Assembly: GCF_018977255.1 (NCBI RefSeq)
Contig: NW_024704742.1
Coordinates: forward strand, 118,670,001 to 118,734,000
Source of the DNA: Callorhinchus milii
Taxonomy: Eukaryota
Reading direction: 5' to 3'
DNA length: 64,000 bases
Below, in pieces: positions 1-12,107 of the stretch. The notes beneath the pieces were generated by a model, which saw only the letters and a program-made list of their open reading frames with translations, was not told where the DNA came from and made no database searches. Positions within the stretch are counted from its first letter, which is position 1. Each line of letters begins with the position of its first letter. The position numbers and the translations under genes are program-made.

Positions 1-774
1 TGTTCATGACTTGGACTCCAGCTAACCCCTTCCAAGTAGCTGTCACCCAAACCTCAGGGTTTCCTCATCAGCTACCCGATGGACATCTATCTTCAGTGAG
101 ATGGGAGGAGCATTACAGGACAGCTTGTGACGTGACAGCCACCTTGATATTCTCGAAGTCCAAGTTCAATGCTGTCTACCAGGCTTAGTCAGCATTGGCT
201 GCTTAATCCAGGTCCTCATGCGAGGGACCTTGGGAAATAGAAGTACCTGCTGTGAAGCTGTGTCCACCTCCAAGATGCTTAATGACAGATCAGTGTAGGT
301 TGGAGCCCTCCTTTGCTGCAGCCACTTCCCGTGTTTGCCACAAATCATTTACACTTTACAATAAAATACTGTGAGGTGCTTGGAGACTGTTCAACAACGT
401 GATGTTATCTATGTTGCTGTGTTCGCCCACATAACCCACAGTCACTTCACTTCACAGTAAATCCTGTGAAGCACTTTGAGATGTCTCAATCATGTGAGAG
501 ATGCTATACCAAATGTAAGATGATTTATTATTATTAAAAGTGTTTGACTCCTTTTTTCATTCTATTGAAGTACAATGCTACAGGTACTGGTCACCTACTG
601 TAACTCACCCACCCAACTGATCATTACTTATGAATGAATATTAACAATGTACAGCTAAACGAGAAAAGACTAAAAGTTTATACTGTATTGACAATGATCC
701 TCAGCGTTAGCTGAATGAGCTAGATGGATATCTGATCCAAAACTCCACCGCCCACATACTCACCCACACTAAAC

Positions 775-1470
775 TCCTTACCCCCATCACACCAGTCAAA
801 GGGATCGATTTCAAGATCCTCACACTTGTTTTCAAATCCCTTCATGTCCTGGCACCTTCTTACTTCCTCCAACCTTCTTACCCCCCAACCCATTACCCAC
901 TGCCTCCGCTCGACTGGCTCTGGTCTTCTACATGTCCCTTGTTCCCTCCATTCCACCATGCATTACGCCCCAAAACTCTTCCTTCCTCTTCGACCGTGCT
1001 TATGGTCGCCTCCCTCACCCGCCACTGTCAAGCACTCTGGGACGCTACCCTGCATTTGGTGTTATACTCTGTAGCCCATGTCCTCTCCCGCACCAAATTC
1101 CGTGACCCAATCTCCCCCATTCTCGCTCGACTCCATTGGCTCACTATCCTTCAGAGGATCCAGTTTAAAATCCTGGTCCTCACCTACAAAGCCCTCAATG
1201 GTCTCGCCCCACCCTAGCTCTGTGACCTCCTAATCCCCTACCAACCCGCCCGCTCCCTCTGCTCAGCCGGCTCTGGCCTGCTCCACGTCCCCTGACCCAC
1301 CCTCCCCACCATTGGCGGGAGAGCCTTCAGCCACTCGGCCCCCAACCTCTGGAACTCCATCCTCCACTCCACCTCGCTCCCTCCTTAGCCTCCTTCAAGT
1401 CCCACCTCAAAACCCTACTCTTCAACAATGCCATTGGTCACCCCCCCTTCCCTTCCCCTCCTTTCTCCCC
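775..1470 (+). mobile_element. Two adjacent L2-like LINE 3' fragments
   Basis: LARLHWL..RIQFKILVLTYKALNGLAP peptide typical of the L2 ORF2 C-terminus. Confidence 0.85.
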
Positions 1471-3631
1471 CCAGCAACATGGATTCATTTAAGAAATATT
1501 CTGATGCTGTAATGGGAAGGTGCTAGAGATAAGATCAAATGGGCCAAAGATTTTATTCATCTAAACCTCCCTTGTGATCTTGTAGAGACAGTATGATACA
1601 TTCTGATTTCAACACATTGAATTAACAACCCAACCAACAGTGCAGTGCTCTCACTACAACCTGTCAGATTCTGAGCACAAATCGTCACAGGCTTCTCACC
1701 CAGAGGGGCAAATGTTGCTAAATGAGCCATACTCACAGACATTCGGGAACACACAACCAATGTGCTTTGGTTATGCAACTTAGAGAAAGGGGAGTTAGCT
1801 AATGCATATCTCAATAGTTTTTTTTAAAAAAATACAAGATTTATATTTGAGTGTAATTCTCCTGCATTGAGGGAGAATTCTACCTTTTGTATCTCTTATG
1901 ATCTGAGGTTTTAATAAACATTTCATTAATTTGCCTCTGGCACAAAGCTGGTGATATCTTCAAAGAATCCCATTGGTAATGTGAATTATTCTAATAGCAT
2001 GCCTATGAGGCACTTTTGTCATTATAATCTCATTTGAATATCGAGGAAGAGCATGCTTAAGGGCCTAAATAACATAGCACGTGAGAATTAACAATCTTAG
2101 CAGAAAAGAATTGGAAAAGACACACTGCAGATACCCATAATGTATAACCATCCAAACTCTCAGTTGATATTTGCTCAGTTGGAGTTACTTGTATTCCAAT
2201 CTTCTTTGACTTCTTACTTGCAGAAAGCAAAATAATTATTAAGAATGCATTTTTGCAGCTTACAATTGATCTAATAGTAATCACAAATAATAATCACGAA
2301 TAGTAAACAGGCAACAAAACAATAAATGGAGTTTTACTAAGCTATAATTTTCAATTAAATTTTAAAATTGAAAATCATTACAGAATTATGGGTTTTCCCG
2401 ATATCAGTTAAGACGTAGGTATCAGCCTCTAGGTAATACATTTTAAAGCATTATAAAGCAAAAACTTCGAGCTCAGCAGAAGCTGGGTAAATTGTTTTCG
2501 ACAAACTGTGAGGTACATTCCACATAGACTGGAAGAGAAGAAGATAGCAATGCAAATTTTGACGACAATCACTCTAAACAACATTAGTTATAATGAGTAT
2601 TGCATTATAAGTGATTTTTTTTACTGTGAATTGACTTGCACTATATTTAAATTAACTGTAAAAAAAGTGTTTGTGTGAGGGGAGGGGAAACTTTCCAATC
2701 TAAGCAAACTGTTATCAAGTGTCAATTTTGCTCTTGATGCAATAAGTAATGATATAGCTATTTTGCTGAAAGCAGCTCTGGTTATGTCCATTTTGATTTA
2801 CTACATATAACAAAGTCCCACTTTGTGTGTATAATACCAGCTTCGATTGTTTAGAGAATATTATTTTCAGGTAGAAAGTACAGAATTCTTTCTTCCAACT
2901 CAGTCAATGGTCAGTAATAATCTCCATTGAATTTTAAAAATCACAGGGTAAATAGTTTATAAAGTAATTCAAATGATTTTATTAACAATAATCTGTTTTA
3001 TTTTCTCTTTTGGGAATGTACTTATTATTTCTATTTTGTTTTTGTTGTCTGTGTGATTGTCTTTTTATCGAATTTTGTAAAATATCTGTTTATTGCCAGT
3101 TTTCTTTTCTTATTATCTTTTAATGTATCTCACTGCTGAGCCCCGTTGTAAATAAGCCTTTTAGCTGTTGTGTTTTCTCCATTGAGTCCAAATAGTGTTT
3201 TGAAACGCAAATTATCCCATAAATCTTCCAGTTTCTCTACTCTTCAGTGCTTTACTTTAAGCTCTCTGAGACCCTCCCTCATGTGATGGGCCCAATATAA
3301 ATGCAATATAAATGTTGTTGGCTTTATCTCTGTGTTGTCAACAAGTTAGGCAGACAGTGTGCTTTGAGATTACTGCCAAGACCACTATGGTCAATCCATG
3401 AAAGTCATCCTGTATGATTTTGTTACCCATGAGATTACAGAGCCTCTTGTGGTTCAGATTGGGAATTAAATGGAGTCAGTACTTGAAGATGTGTTATTAC
3501 GCTCTACAGGCTTTGAGATTATTATTCCAATATTCAGCACCCCATTCTACATCACTATTCATTCACTTTAAGGAATGAGAAATAAAGAATCAGGATGGAG
3601 TCACCTACACATTCTTCTCATTCTCAGGTGT

Positions 3632-4140
3632 CAGCCTGGTTCAGTTATAGCATTCTGAGTCAGAATGTTTTTGGCACAAGCCCCACGTCAGGACTTTGAA
3701 CTCACACAGTCTAGGCTGACACTCGAATGCAGTGCTGGGGGCGTGCTGCATTATCGGAGGTGCTGTCCTTTGGATGAGACAGAATTTACTGCAAACTGTA
3801 GTGACTGTGTATTTTGTAGATAAACACATTGCAGCTAATTTGCATACATATATCACTTTCAACATCAGGACAATGCGTCTGCAGGTGATGTCTGTCTGTT
3901 AAGGTGGATGTTAAAGAACCCGTAACATTATTTGAAAAGTAGAGAGTTCCTTCTGATGTCATGGCCAACATTCCCCAGATAAAATTGTCTCATCACATTG
4001 TCCTGATGTTGAAAATGATGCCATATTGCTGTGTGCAAATTGGCTGGTATGTGTTTATCTACAAAATACGCAGTCAATACACTTTACAGTAAATTCTGTG
4101 AAGCACGTTGAGATGTTCTGCTGACATGAAAGTTGTAAGG
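3632..4140 (+). mobile_element. Older SacSINE1/AmnSINE-like Deu SINE (related decayed copies at ~12750-13100, 24512-24790(-), 28830-28930, 47045-47400, 49100-49190, 51288-51620, 61530-61600)
   Basis: Head ..CTGAGTCAGAA(G)GTT..CAAGCCCCAC, body AGGCTGACACT..TGCAGTGCTG..GGAGGTGCTGTCCTTTGGATGAGAC, and Deu core TTGCTGTGTGCAAATTGGCTG. Confidence 0.7.
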
Positions 4141-6320
4141 AATGTAAGGAAGGACTACTGATTCTCTAAATGAACATTTTAATCTATATTCTTTGCTCTT
4201 CTAAATCTGGTCTATTGTTCTCTCCCTACTCTCTCTGTTCCAACTAATGATGGCTGAATTTTCACCCATTTTGTCCCTGCTCTTTTCCGACATCTTGCGC
4301 TTTCTCTCCCTGCCTTCTAAAGCTTCTTGAAAACCTCCCTCTTCAACCATGTCTTTGGATATCACCCTCAACCTCCTTTGTTTCTCCTTGTTCGGTGACC
4401 CTTATTGTCTCTATGAAGCAATTTGCCATGTCAAGCGTATGTCAAAGATGTTATATAAGTGTAAGTTTCAGTAGTTGTTGAAAGAATAGATTGATCGAGT
4501 TGGGAAAGAGAAGCCTAGAAAAGGACCTCAGAATGATAGTAGACTCATCACTTTCAACATCAGGACAATGTGATGAGACAATTAAGAAGCAAGCAGAGAA
4601 CTGTGATACGTAGCCCAAATAATACAGTACACATCACTGGAGTATATTTACCATAGAATGGAACAAAAAAGGCTGCTTAATGAACTTGGTTGTTGATGAA
4701 ATTCAACCCTTAGAGTAATGAAGATACCTAATTGTATTTCCCTTCATCTATAGCTTGCAAGATAAATTCATCTATGTTTTCTGTGTCGCCCACCCCTGGA
4801 ATTTGTTAATACACTGAAAGTTATTTTGCAAACAATTTCAATCTAAACATGCCTTGATCCAGTCTTTAAGGGGGTGAAATTTAATCTGGAAGTGAAAAGG
4901 TGACCTTCATTCTTATAGCGACATAGCATAATTACCACTTGAGGACACTGGCAGCACTTTACACAAATCATTGTCTAAAATTAAATTAAGATATTCAATC
5001 AGAAGCTAGTCAGCATTATTCAAATTTCCACCCAAAAGCCCATTCCACATTTTAATCTGTGCTAACAGTGCAAATAAATATGACATCATACCCTGCTTGT
5101 GGTAAAAGCACAAAAGGGAATTGAGAAGGAGGTGATGACAGGCACATTTTTTCCCAGTCTAAGCTCTTCTCAAACACGTTGCCAAGCCTTAAGATACTTT
5201 CCTAGGAACAGCCAAATTGCCATCAACATCAAAGAGGATGGACATATCTATAGATAATGATAGCAAAAAAAAACCCAACAAAGTGTGCAATCCTTTGTTG
5301 AGCTGCACAGACTTTTTTTGGAAAAGAGTCAATGACTTGAAATGACTTTTTGAAAAAACACAAAAGTAGTTCTCATTGAGCACAAGAACCTACTGTAATC
5401 ATAGTGATACATCATGAAAGAAGTTTAAAGGTCAGAAAACCGATTGTGAAAACCCTCAAAACTGCATCTGAAGTTGAGATCTCCACTTGAATGTCCCCAG
5501 ATGTCTTGTATATTTATATTATTCTCGCCTATCATGCAGTCTCCCTGTATCATAATACAGTAGTAGCTGAAAATGCAACATAAATAGAATGCCAATACCT
5601 TTGGTTCAAGTCTCCAATATATCTGCAGTGTTCAGCAGTCCATTGTTACACTACATATGCCTCACAAGTCTTTTCAAAAAAATGGTGTTGATAATTGTTA
5701 GTCTCCAGGTCCATAGAATGTATGCATTAAATGGTCATATATCACCCTTCTTTTGTTTCCTCACATTTTAAAATGAAGAGTACTTGTAATTCCCTCTGGT
5801 TAGCCCAAGCTGCAGATTATTCAAGCAGGTTATCAGCAAATTAGACTCCCAATGTCTTTTTTCCTCCGTCATGCCAGTTTTTCAAATTTAGTTTATATAT
5901 AGATTGGATCCTTTAGCACAGGAATGCTTACACTTCAGGCAAATTGTAACTGTCTTGACATATGTTGCCTCTAACATAGCAATGTTTACTGAGGGATTTG
6001 AGACCATTGCATTATTCATATGGAGGATGCACTGCCCTATGCCTGTGAAAGCACAATTATAATATAAGCTTCATGACCAGGTTGCACACATATGCATCTG
6101 TTCAGAACAGTGCACTAATGTAATCCAATGGAAAGTAAGTTCATTGCAAATAAGAAACTGTTGAAAAACATGTGTACCATTCCTGCATTGATACTCTGTG
6201 CCATTCTCTTTCCACTGGTCATCCTTAAATTAAGACCTGGGTTGATTGTGACTGAAAGAAAATTCCCAAAAGTTCACTATTTTATGATTTGGCACTTGCT
6301 GTTTGTCGAAGCTTAATTAA

Positions 6321-6599
6321 TAATAATAATCCTTGCATTTGACATCTCAAAGTGTTTCATAGAATAGACTGTAAAGTGAATTGACTGTACATATTTGGGG
6401 GCGAAATGCGGCAGCCAATTGCGCGCAGCAGTGTTCCATGAACAGTTGTGGATTGAAAATGACCAATTTTTTTTTGAGGGATTATTATCAGGCGTGTAGA
6501 GTAAGGAAACCTGCCCAAGGTTTCACCCTGCCAGGAATCGAACTCAGCTCTCTCACTTGCAAAATGAGTGCTCTAACCACTGAGCTACAGGACTCAGTG
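6321..6599 (-). mobile_element. tRNA-derived Deu-domain SINE (young family)
   Basis: A box TAGCTCAGTGG and B box GTTCGATTCC on the - strand, core GCTGCGCGCAATTGGCTGCCGC, (ATT)n tail. Confidence 0.88.
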
Positions 6600-6892
6600 G
6601 ACTAATTGCTGTTATTTATCAAATAACATTTTACCATTCTATAAAACTTATGCCATAAAATGATGCTTCTACCGCATAAATGCACTTTTAAACCTATGCA
6701 CACATCACCCACTCAATGAGTGGGCAATGAATTAATGACAGATGGATATTTTTCATTGGAACAGAGAAAGACTGAGATCCTATATCAATCTTATATCAAT
6801 GTTGACTTGTTTTTCCCCCCTGAAATCATGCATTAAGGGAAATCTAAGAAAAGACTAGCATTGCTAGCCCAGCAACACATAAAGGGGTTTAG

Positions 6893-7557
6893 TCTTGTTC
6901 ATGCCTTCATCACCTCCAGGCTCGACTATGCAAATGCCCTGCTTGTCGGCCTTTCCTTCCACAGGCTGCAGATAATCCAGAACTCTGAAGCCCGTGTCCT
7001 CTCCCGCACCAAACTCCGTGACCCATCTCCCCCATTCTCGCCCGACTCCATTGGTTCCTTATCCTTCAGAGGATCCAGTTCAAAATCCTGGTCCTCACCT
7101 ACAAAATCCTCAATGGTCTCACCCCACCCTATCTCTGTGACCTCCTAACCCCCTACCAACCCACCTGCTCCCTCTGCTCACCCGACTCCGGCCTGCTCCA
7201 CGTCCCCCGACGCACCCGCCCCACCATTGGCGGGAGAAGCTTCAGCCACTCTGCCCCCAACCTCTGGAACTCCATCCCCCAATCACTCCGCCTCGCCCCA
7301 TCCAAATCCCGCCTCAAAACCCTCCTCTTCAACCATGCCATTGGTCCCCTCCTTCCCCTCCCCTCCCTTTCTCCCCGACCCTAGCTCGGGTCTGAAATGC
7401 TGTACACTGTCCAGTGCCTTGGGACGTCCTCCCGATGTGAAAGACGCTCTACAAATATAATCTTGTCGTTGTTGTTGTCACTAATATAGTAAGAATTAAG
7501 CGCTCCGAGATGCCATCTGGCATGAAGGGTGCTATATAAATGCAAGTTGTTGTTGTA
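6893..7557 (+). mobile_element. L2-like LINE 3' fragment plus a second tail
   Basis: HAFITSRLDYANALL peptide, tail GGGACGTCCTCCCGATGTGAAAGACGCTCTACAAAT..(TTG)n. Confidence 0.88.
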
Positions 7558-9185
7558 AGTTATATCCATATTTAAACGTATGGTGAAAGCATGACCTTGG
7601 TGAGGTCCTAAGTAAAAAGTAGTTGTTTCCACACAGCAAGGGATTAAAAATCAGAATGGAAGTCAACTTGTGAGAGCATTATTACAGTCTCCCTTGGTCA
7701 AAGAACAAAATAAGAAAATATGGGGAAAATAATAACGAAATAAGGGGGAGGGGGAGAAAGATTATGACATACTGCAATTCACTTAGAAACCAGCAAGCAA
7801 AATATTTTTAAAAATGTCAAATTTGTTGACAAAAAATTAATAAATATCAAAATCCATTGGAGTGGAACATTTATTTTATTCCTTGGATCTGGAGTAAGAT
7901 TTGAACTAGGATGATGAGACGGAATTTTGTTTTTTAATTTTGACTTCTAAGTTAGAGCCTTGAGTGAAATGAGGCGAGCAATCCTCAACTACTATGAAGC
8001 TAGACAACAAAATTAAGACAATAATGACAATAATTTACTTTAAATTGTCAGTTTTATTGACAGGCCAGATAGATAATGGGGTGAGAAATTAATTTGCTAT
8101 CGTTAGAGGCATTCTTTTGAGGCTGGTATAAAGAATTATTGTAGCAAACTCTTTATTCTGCATTGAACCCATGCTAAAGCTACTGGGATGAACGTTATAA
8201 TGCAGAATGTTTTAATCCAATGATAACACATTGCTAACAAATCAGTTGACAAGGACTGTGAATAACAGGATTGGGTGTGACACTGCTGTATTTGTCACAA
8301 TGGCTTTTGCCATTGAGCCAAAGCCAGCCATGGTAGATATTGGACTGACTAGTATGCTGGCTCAACTAAACAAAAAAACCTGAGTTAAGTCAACTCTGGT
8401 CTATCCCTGTACAATCGTATCCCTGTACAATACAAGCAATCAGTTATTGTGTTCAAACCCAGTTTGTACTATTGATCGAGGCACCACTATCTTTTTCAAT
8501 TATCTGCTGACTTCAAATATCATGGGTTGGGTTCCATTGCTGTTCATCACAAGGTAGGAATCTCAGGAATGTATCCTCAATTCAACCTAACCCTCCTCAA
8601 ATTAGTTTGACTGTGATGCAATCTGAATATCAGAATGCTGCTTTTCAGTACTGTTACTGAAATCACAATCAATGAACTTTAGATGATTCAACCAATTACT
8701 CATATGGAGTAATGTGGAATTTTGTTTGACTAGATCTAGTGTTATGCTGGTAAACACCACATTGGTTGGATTATTGTGTGAATCAGGTCAGTGAACCAGA
8801 AATGTGTATAACACAGTGGCCCTCGGGGACTATAGATTATTGGGAGGGGTGTTCAGATAGATATTCCAAGGAGAGATAAAAGTCAAAAATAGCAATAATA
8901 GACATGAGTATAAACGTGGGTACTTCATTCTTTCAAGTTTCAACTTTCACCAAAGTAACCATTAGCAACCATCATCCACAATTATACACCAGAAATCTTT
9001 TTTCTCATTGTTCCTGTACAAATACACATACACACTGAACATATTTAGAAAAATGCCACTATATTCAGTCTTTGAATTTAATGCACTACAGGATGTTATA
9101 TTCTAATGTGAATAGACTGATACCAGAGGGATTTGCCACCAATAGTATAGTATAATGTAGTACAAATCAGGGCTGAGCAGTATGT

Positions 9186-9905
9186 CACCGCCTTCCATCA
9201 CCTCCGGAACATCGCCAGACTACGGCACTACCTCACCCCTCACGCTGCTGAAACTCTGGTCCACGCCTTTATCACGTCAAGACTGGACTATGGGAACTCT
9301 TTCCTCGCCGGCCTTCCCGGCACCTCCCTCCACAAGCTGCAGGTCATTCAGAACTCTGCAGCTCGTGTACTGTCCCGCACCAGGCTTCGCGACCACATCA
9401 CTCCCACCCTCACTCGCCTCCACTGGCTCCCCATCCCCCACAGGATCGAATTCAAGATCCTCATCCTCACCTTCAAGGCCATTCACGGCCTTGCTCCCTC
9501 CTACCTCTCCAACCTACTATCCCCCTATCTACCTGCCCATACCCTCCGTTCCTCTGGCTCCGGTCTGCTCCACATCCCCCGCCCCAACCGCCCTACCATC
9601 GGTGGCTGGGCCTTCAGCCTCTCAGCCCCGAGGCTCTGGAACTCTATCCCCCAGTGCCTTCGCTTCCTCCCTTTCCTCCAAGGCCGGTCTCAAGACCTCT
9701 CTTTGACTGTGCCTTCAGCTCCCTTCTCAACTCTCTACCCCCTCCCTTCCCTCCCATCACCCTGACCATTTCCCCCCTCCTCGCTCCCTCCCTTTTCTCC
9801 CCCCACCTTGACCATTTCCCCCCAGCTCGGGTCCTGACCCAACTGTCCAGCGCTTTGGGACGTCCTCCCGACGTGAAAGGCGCTCTATAAATGGAATCTT
9901 GTTGT
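9186..9905 (+). mobile_element. L2-like LINE 3' fragment (young, CpG-rich)
   Basis: AFHHLRNIARLR..ETLVHAFITSRLDY..LHWLPIPHRIEFKILIL and an intact 3' tail. Confidence 0.9.
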
Positions 9906-10009
9906 ATGTGTCAGGAACATATTGGGTTGGAACTTGGTTGATAGCACCTTATGAAGGTGATCTTAGCCACACTTTGATTGGACTGTGTCAATCAAGTCTT
10001 GATTGATTC

Positions 10010-10945
10010 GTTTAACAACAATTTACATTTATATAGCACTTTTCATGTTGGGAGGACGTCCAAAGCTGGGGGAAAAGGGAGGTGACTGTAGGCACAATTG
10101 GAGAGCAAAATCTTCAGGAATGATCTGAAGACAGGCAAGGCAATGGGATTGAGGCAGGGAGTTCCAGAATTTTGGGGCAGAGTGCATACCTGTCAAATCT
10201 ACGGATTTCCCCTGTAGACTACAGGTTTTTAGGTCCATCTGCAAGTCTACTGGGAAAGCTCAACAGTCTACAGGGAGCAGAGATTGCACATTTAAAAATG
10301 ATGCTCTGTTGATGCCTGCGGCTAAACCAATCGTTATTGAGCTGTGGGCATCCTGTGGGCTGGCAGGAGTTTGATGCAGGGTGGATTTTTAACATGTGAA
10401 ATGGATTATTACCACGATTAATAATTTCAAGATGAAACAAGAATGTGCATTAAATTACGCATATAGAGTGTTTGACTTTCAGAATGTTATAGGTAAAATC
10501 AAATGGTAGTCGGGTACATTTCAGTAAAGAATTCCAGAACATTTTTTATTTAATTATTATCACATTTTTAGTCAGAATAATTGCTTGAAATATATGCTAC
10601 GGAAAATCTGCTTTTTACTTCTCAGAGCTTTTTTGGGGGTGCAGGGTTGGAGAGGAAGACACTAAGCCAGGTTGAAATTTATGCCACTAAAAATTCCTGC
10701 TTTTTTTAACACATGTACAGGTTTTTGTTGAACATCTACTGCTTTTTCCTTCTACAAGGTTGGAAGGTATAACAGTGGCTGGAGGCACTACCACTGTTGG
10801 TGGAGTGGAGGGAATGAGGGGCATGCAGAAGGGGATAGGAATAGGACTGGGATTTGAGCAGTTTGGAGAGATGGGGAGAAGCCAGGGCATGAAGTGATTT
10901 GTGAGTGTGAGGATCTTAAACAGGCAGCCAGTGGAACCTGGCATG
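10010..10945 (-). mobile_element. L2-like 3' fragment split by the hAT MITE
   Basis: Reverse-complement L2 tail at 10015-10065, with coding remnant resuming at ~10777. Confidence 0.7.
10185..10771. mobile_element. hAT-like MITE nested in an L2 3' fragment
   Basis: Imperfect TIRs CATACCTGTCAA ... TTGGAAGGTATA. The LINE sequence ggggcagagtg|gctggaggc resumes after the insert. Confidence 0.6.
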
Positions 10946-11476
10946 GGTTGTAGTGACAAGGTATGTTTTGAAGGCAAGGAGGATGGGGGAACAAAATAAA
11001 GGGATGAAGTTTCAGAGGGGCAGAATAGCTGAAAGTTCATCCACCAACAATTGAGCAGATTTAGTGCAATAATTACATAAGATTAAAATACTACTGATTT
11101 CAGTGTTCTGCAAAAATGGCTGAGTTGAAAATGCACAGAGCTCTGAAATCCATTTAAGTGTTGTTAACAGCCACAGATCAATGTTATGCAGAGTGAAAAC
11201 TATATCAGGCTTCACACTATACATTACTCTCCTGTTGAAAGCAATATTATTTTGCTACTAGCAATGTAAATAAGGCAATGCAGTACAGTGACAAGAATCT
11301 TGAAAACAATTTCCCTTCCGAACCAGCGGATTGTGTGGTTAGTCTGTGAAAAAAAAAGTAAAATTTATGAGATTGATTAAAAAAAACAATTTCCAGAAAT
11401 GTTTGCAGCTGTTAATATAAACAAATAAATCCAAGAATATTTGTTTGCCCAACACATGCAGCAGTAAGATTACAGA

Positions 11477-11725
11477 TTCCCGGCAGGGTAAAACCTTGGG
11501 CAAGTTTCCTTACTCCACATTCCTGATAATAATCCTCAAGAAAAAAAATCATAAATTGGTCACTTCAATCCACGACTGTTTGTGGGACACCGCTGCAATT
11601 GGCTGCCACGTTTCACCCACAAATACACAGTCAATTCACTTTACAATATATTCTGTGAAGCGCTTTGAGATGTTTAGAAGGCATGGAAAGCGCTATATCA
11701 AATGCAAGGATTAGTATTATTATTA
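11477..11725 (+). mobile_element. 5'-truncated copy of the tRNA/Deu SINE
   Basis: Same body and GCGCTATATCAAATGCAAGGATTA tail. Confidence 0.82.
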
Positions 11726-11853
11726 CATTGATCAAATCCTGTTCAAATCTTCTATTGTCCAATGAAGAGGAGAGGTGATAGAAGAATAGTATGTTTTCCT
11801 GTGAATAGGATAATGTTATCCCTCCAAACTTTGATATATAGAATACTTTAATT

Positions 11854-12107
11854 CAGGGTGGTCAACTGGCGGCCCATGGGCCGCATCCGGCCCGGGGATG
11901 ATGTCAGCTGGCCCCCGAACCATTTCAAACTTCATTGGTTGACGAGCAAATACAACCAACACACAGGCCCTGAGCCAATCAGGAGACAGTCACCTGAGTT
12001 TCAGGCTCTGCCCAGCGATGGGACTGGTCAATTACTGCTTATGTAGCCCGTGGACATTTCTCAAATCCGGCCTCCAGTCTTCAGCAGCCAAAGGTTGGAT
12101 CACCCTG
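11854..12107. mobile_element. hAT-Charlie-like MITE (254 bp)
   Basis: TIRs CAGGGTGGTCAAC / GTTGGATCACCCTG, the Charlie-type GGCCCATGGGCCGCATCCGGCCC subterminal motif, and a near-identical 8-bp TSD ctttaatt/cttaattt. Confidence 0.8.
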
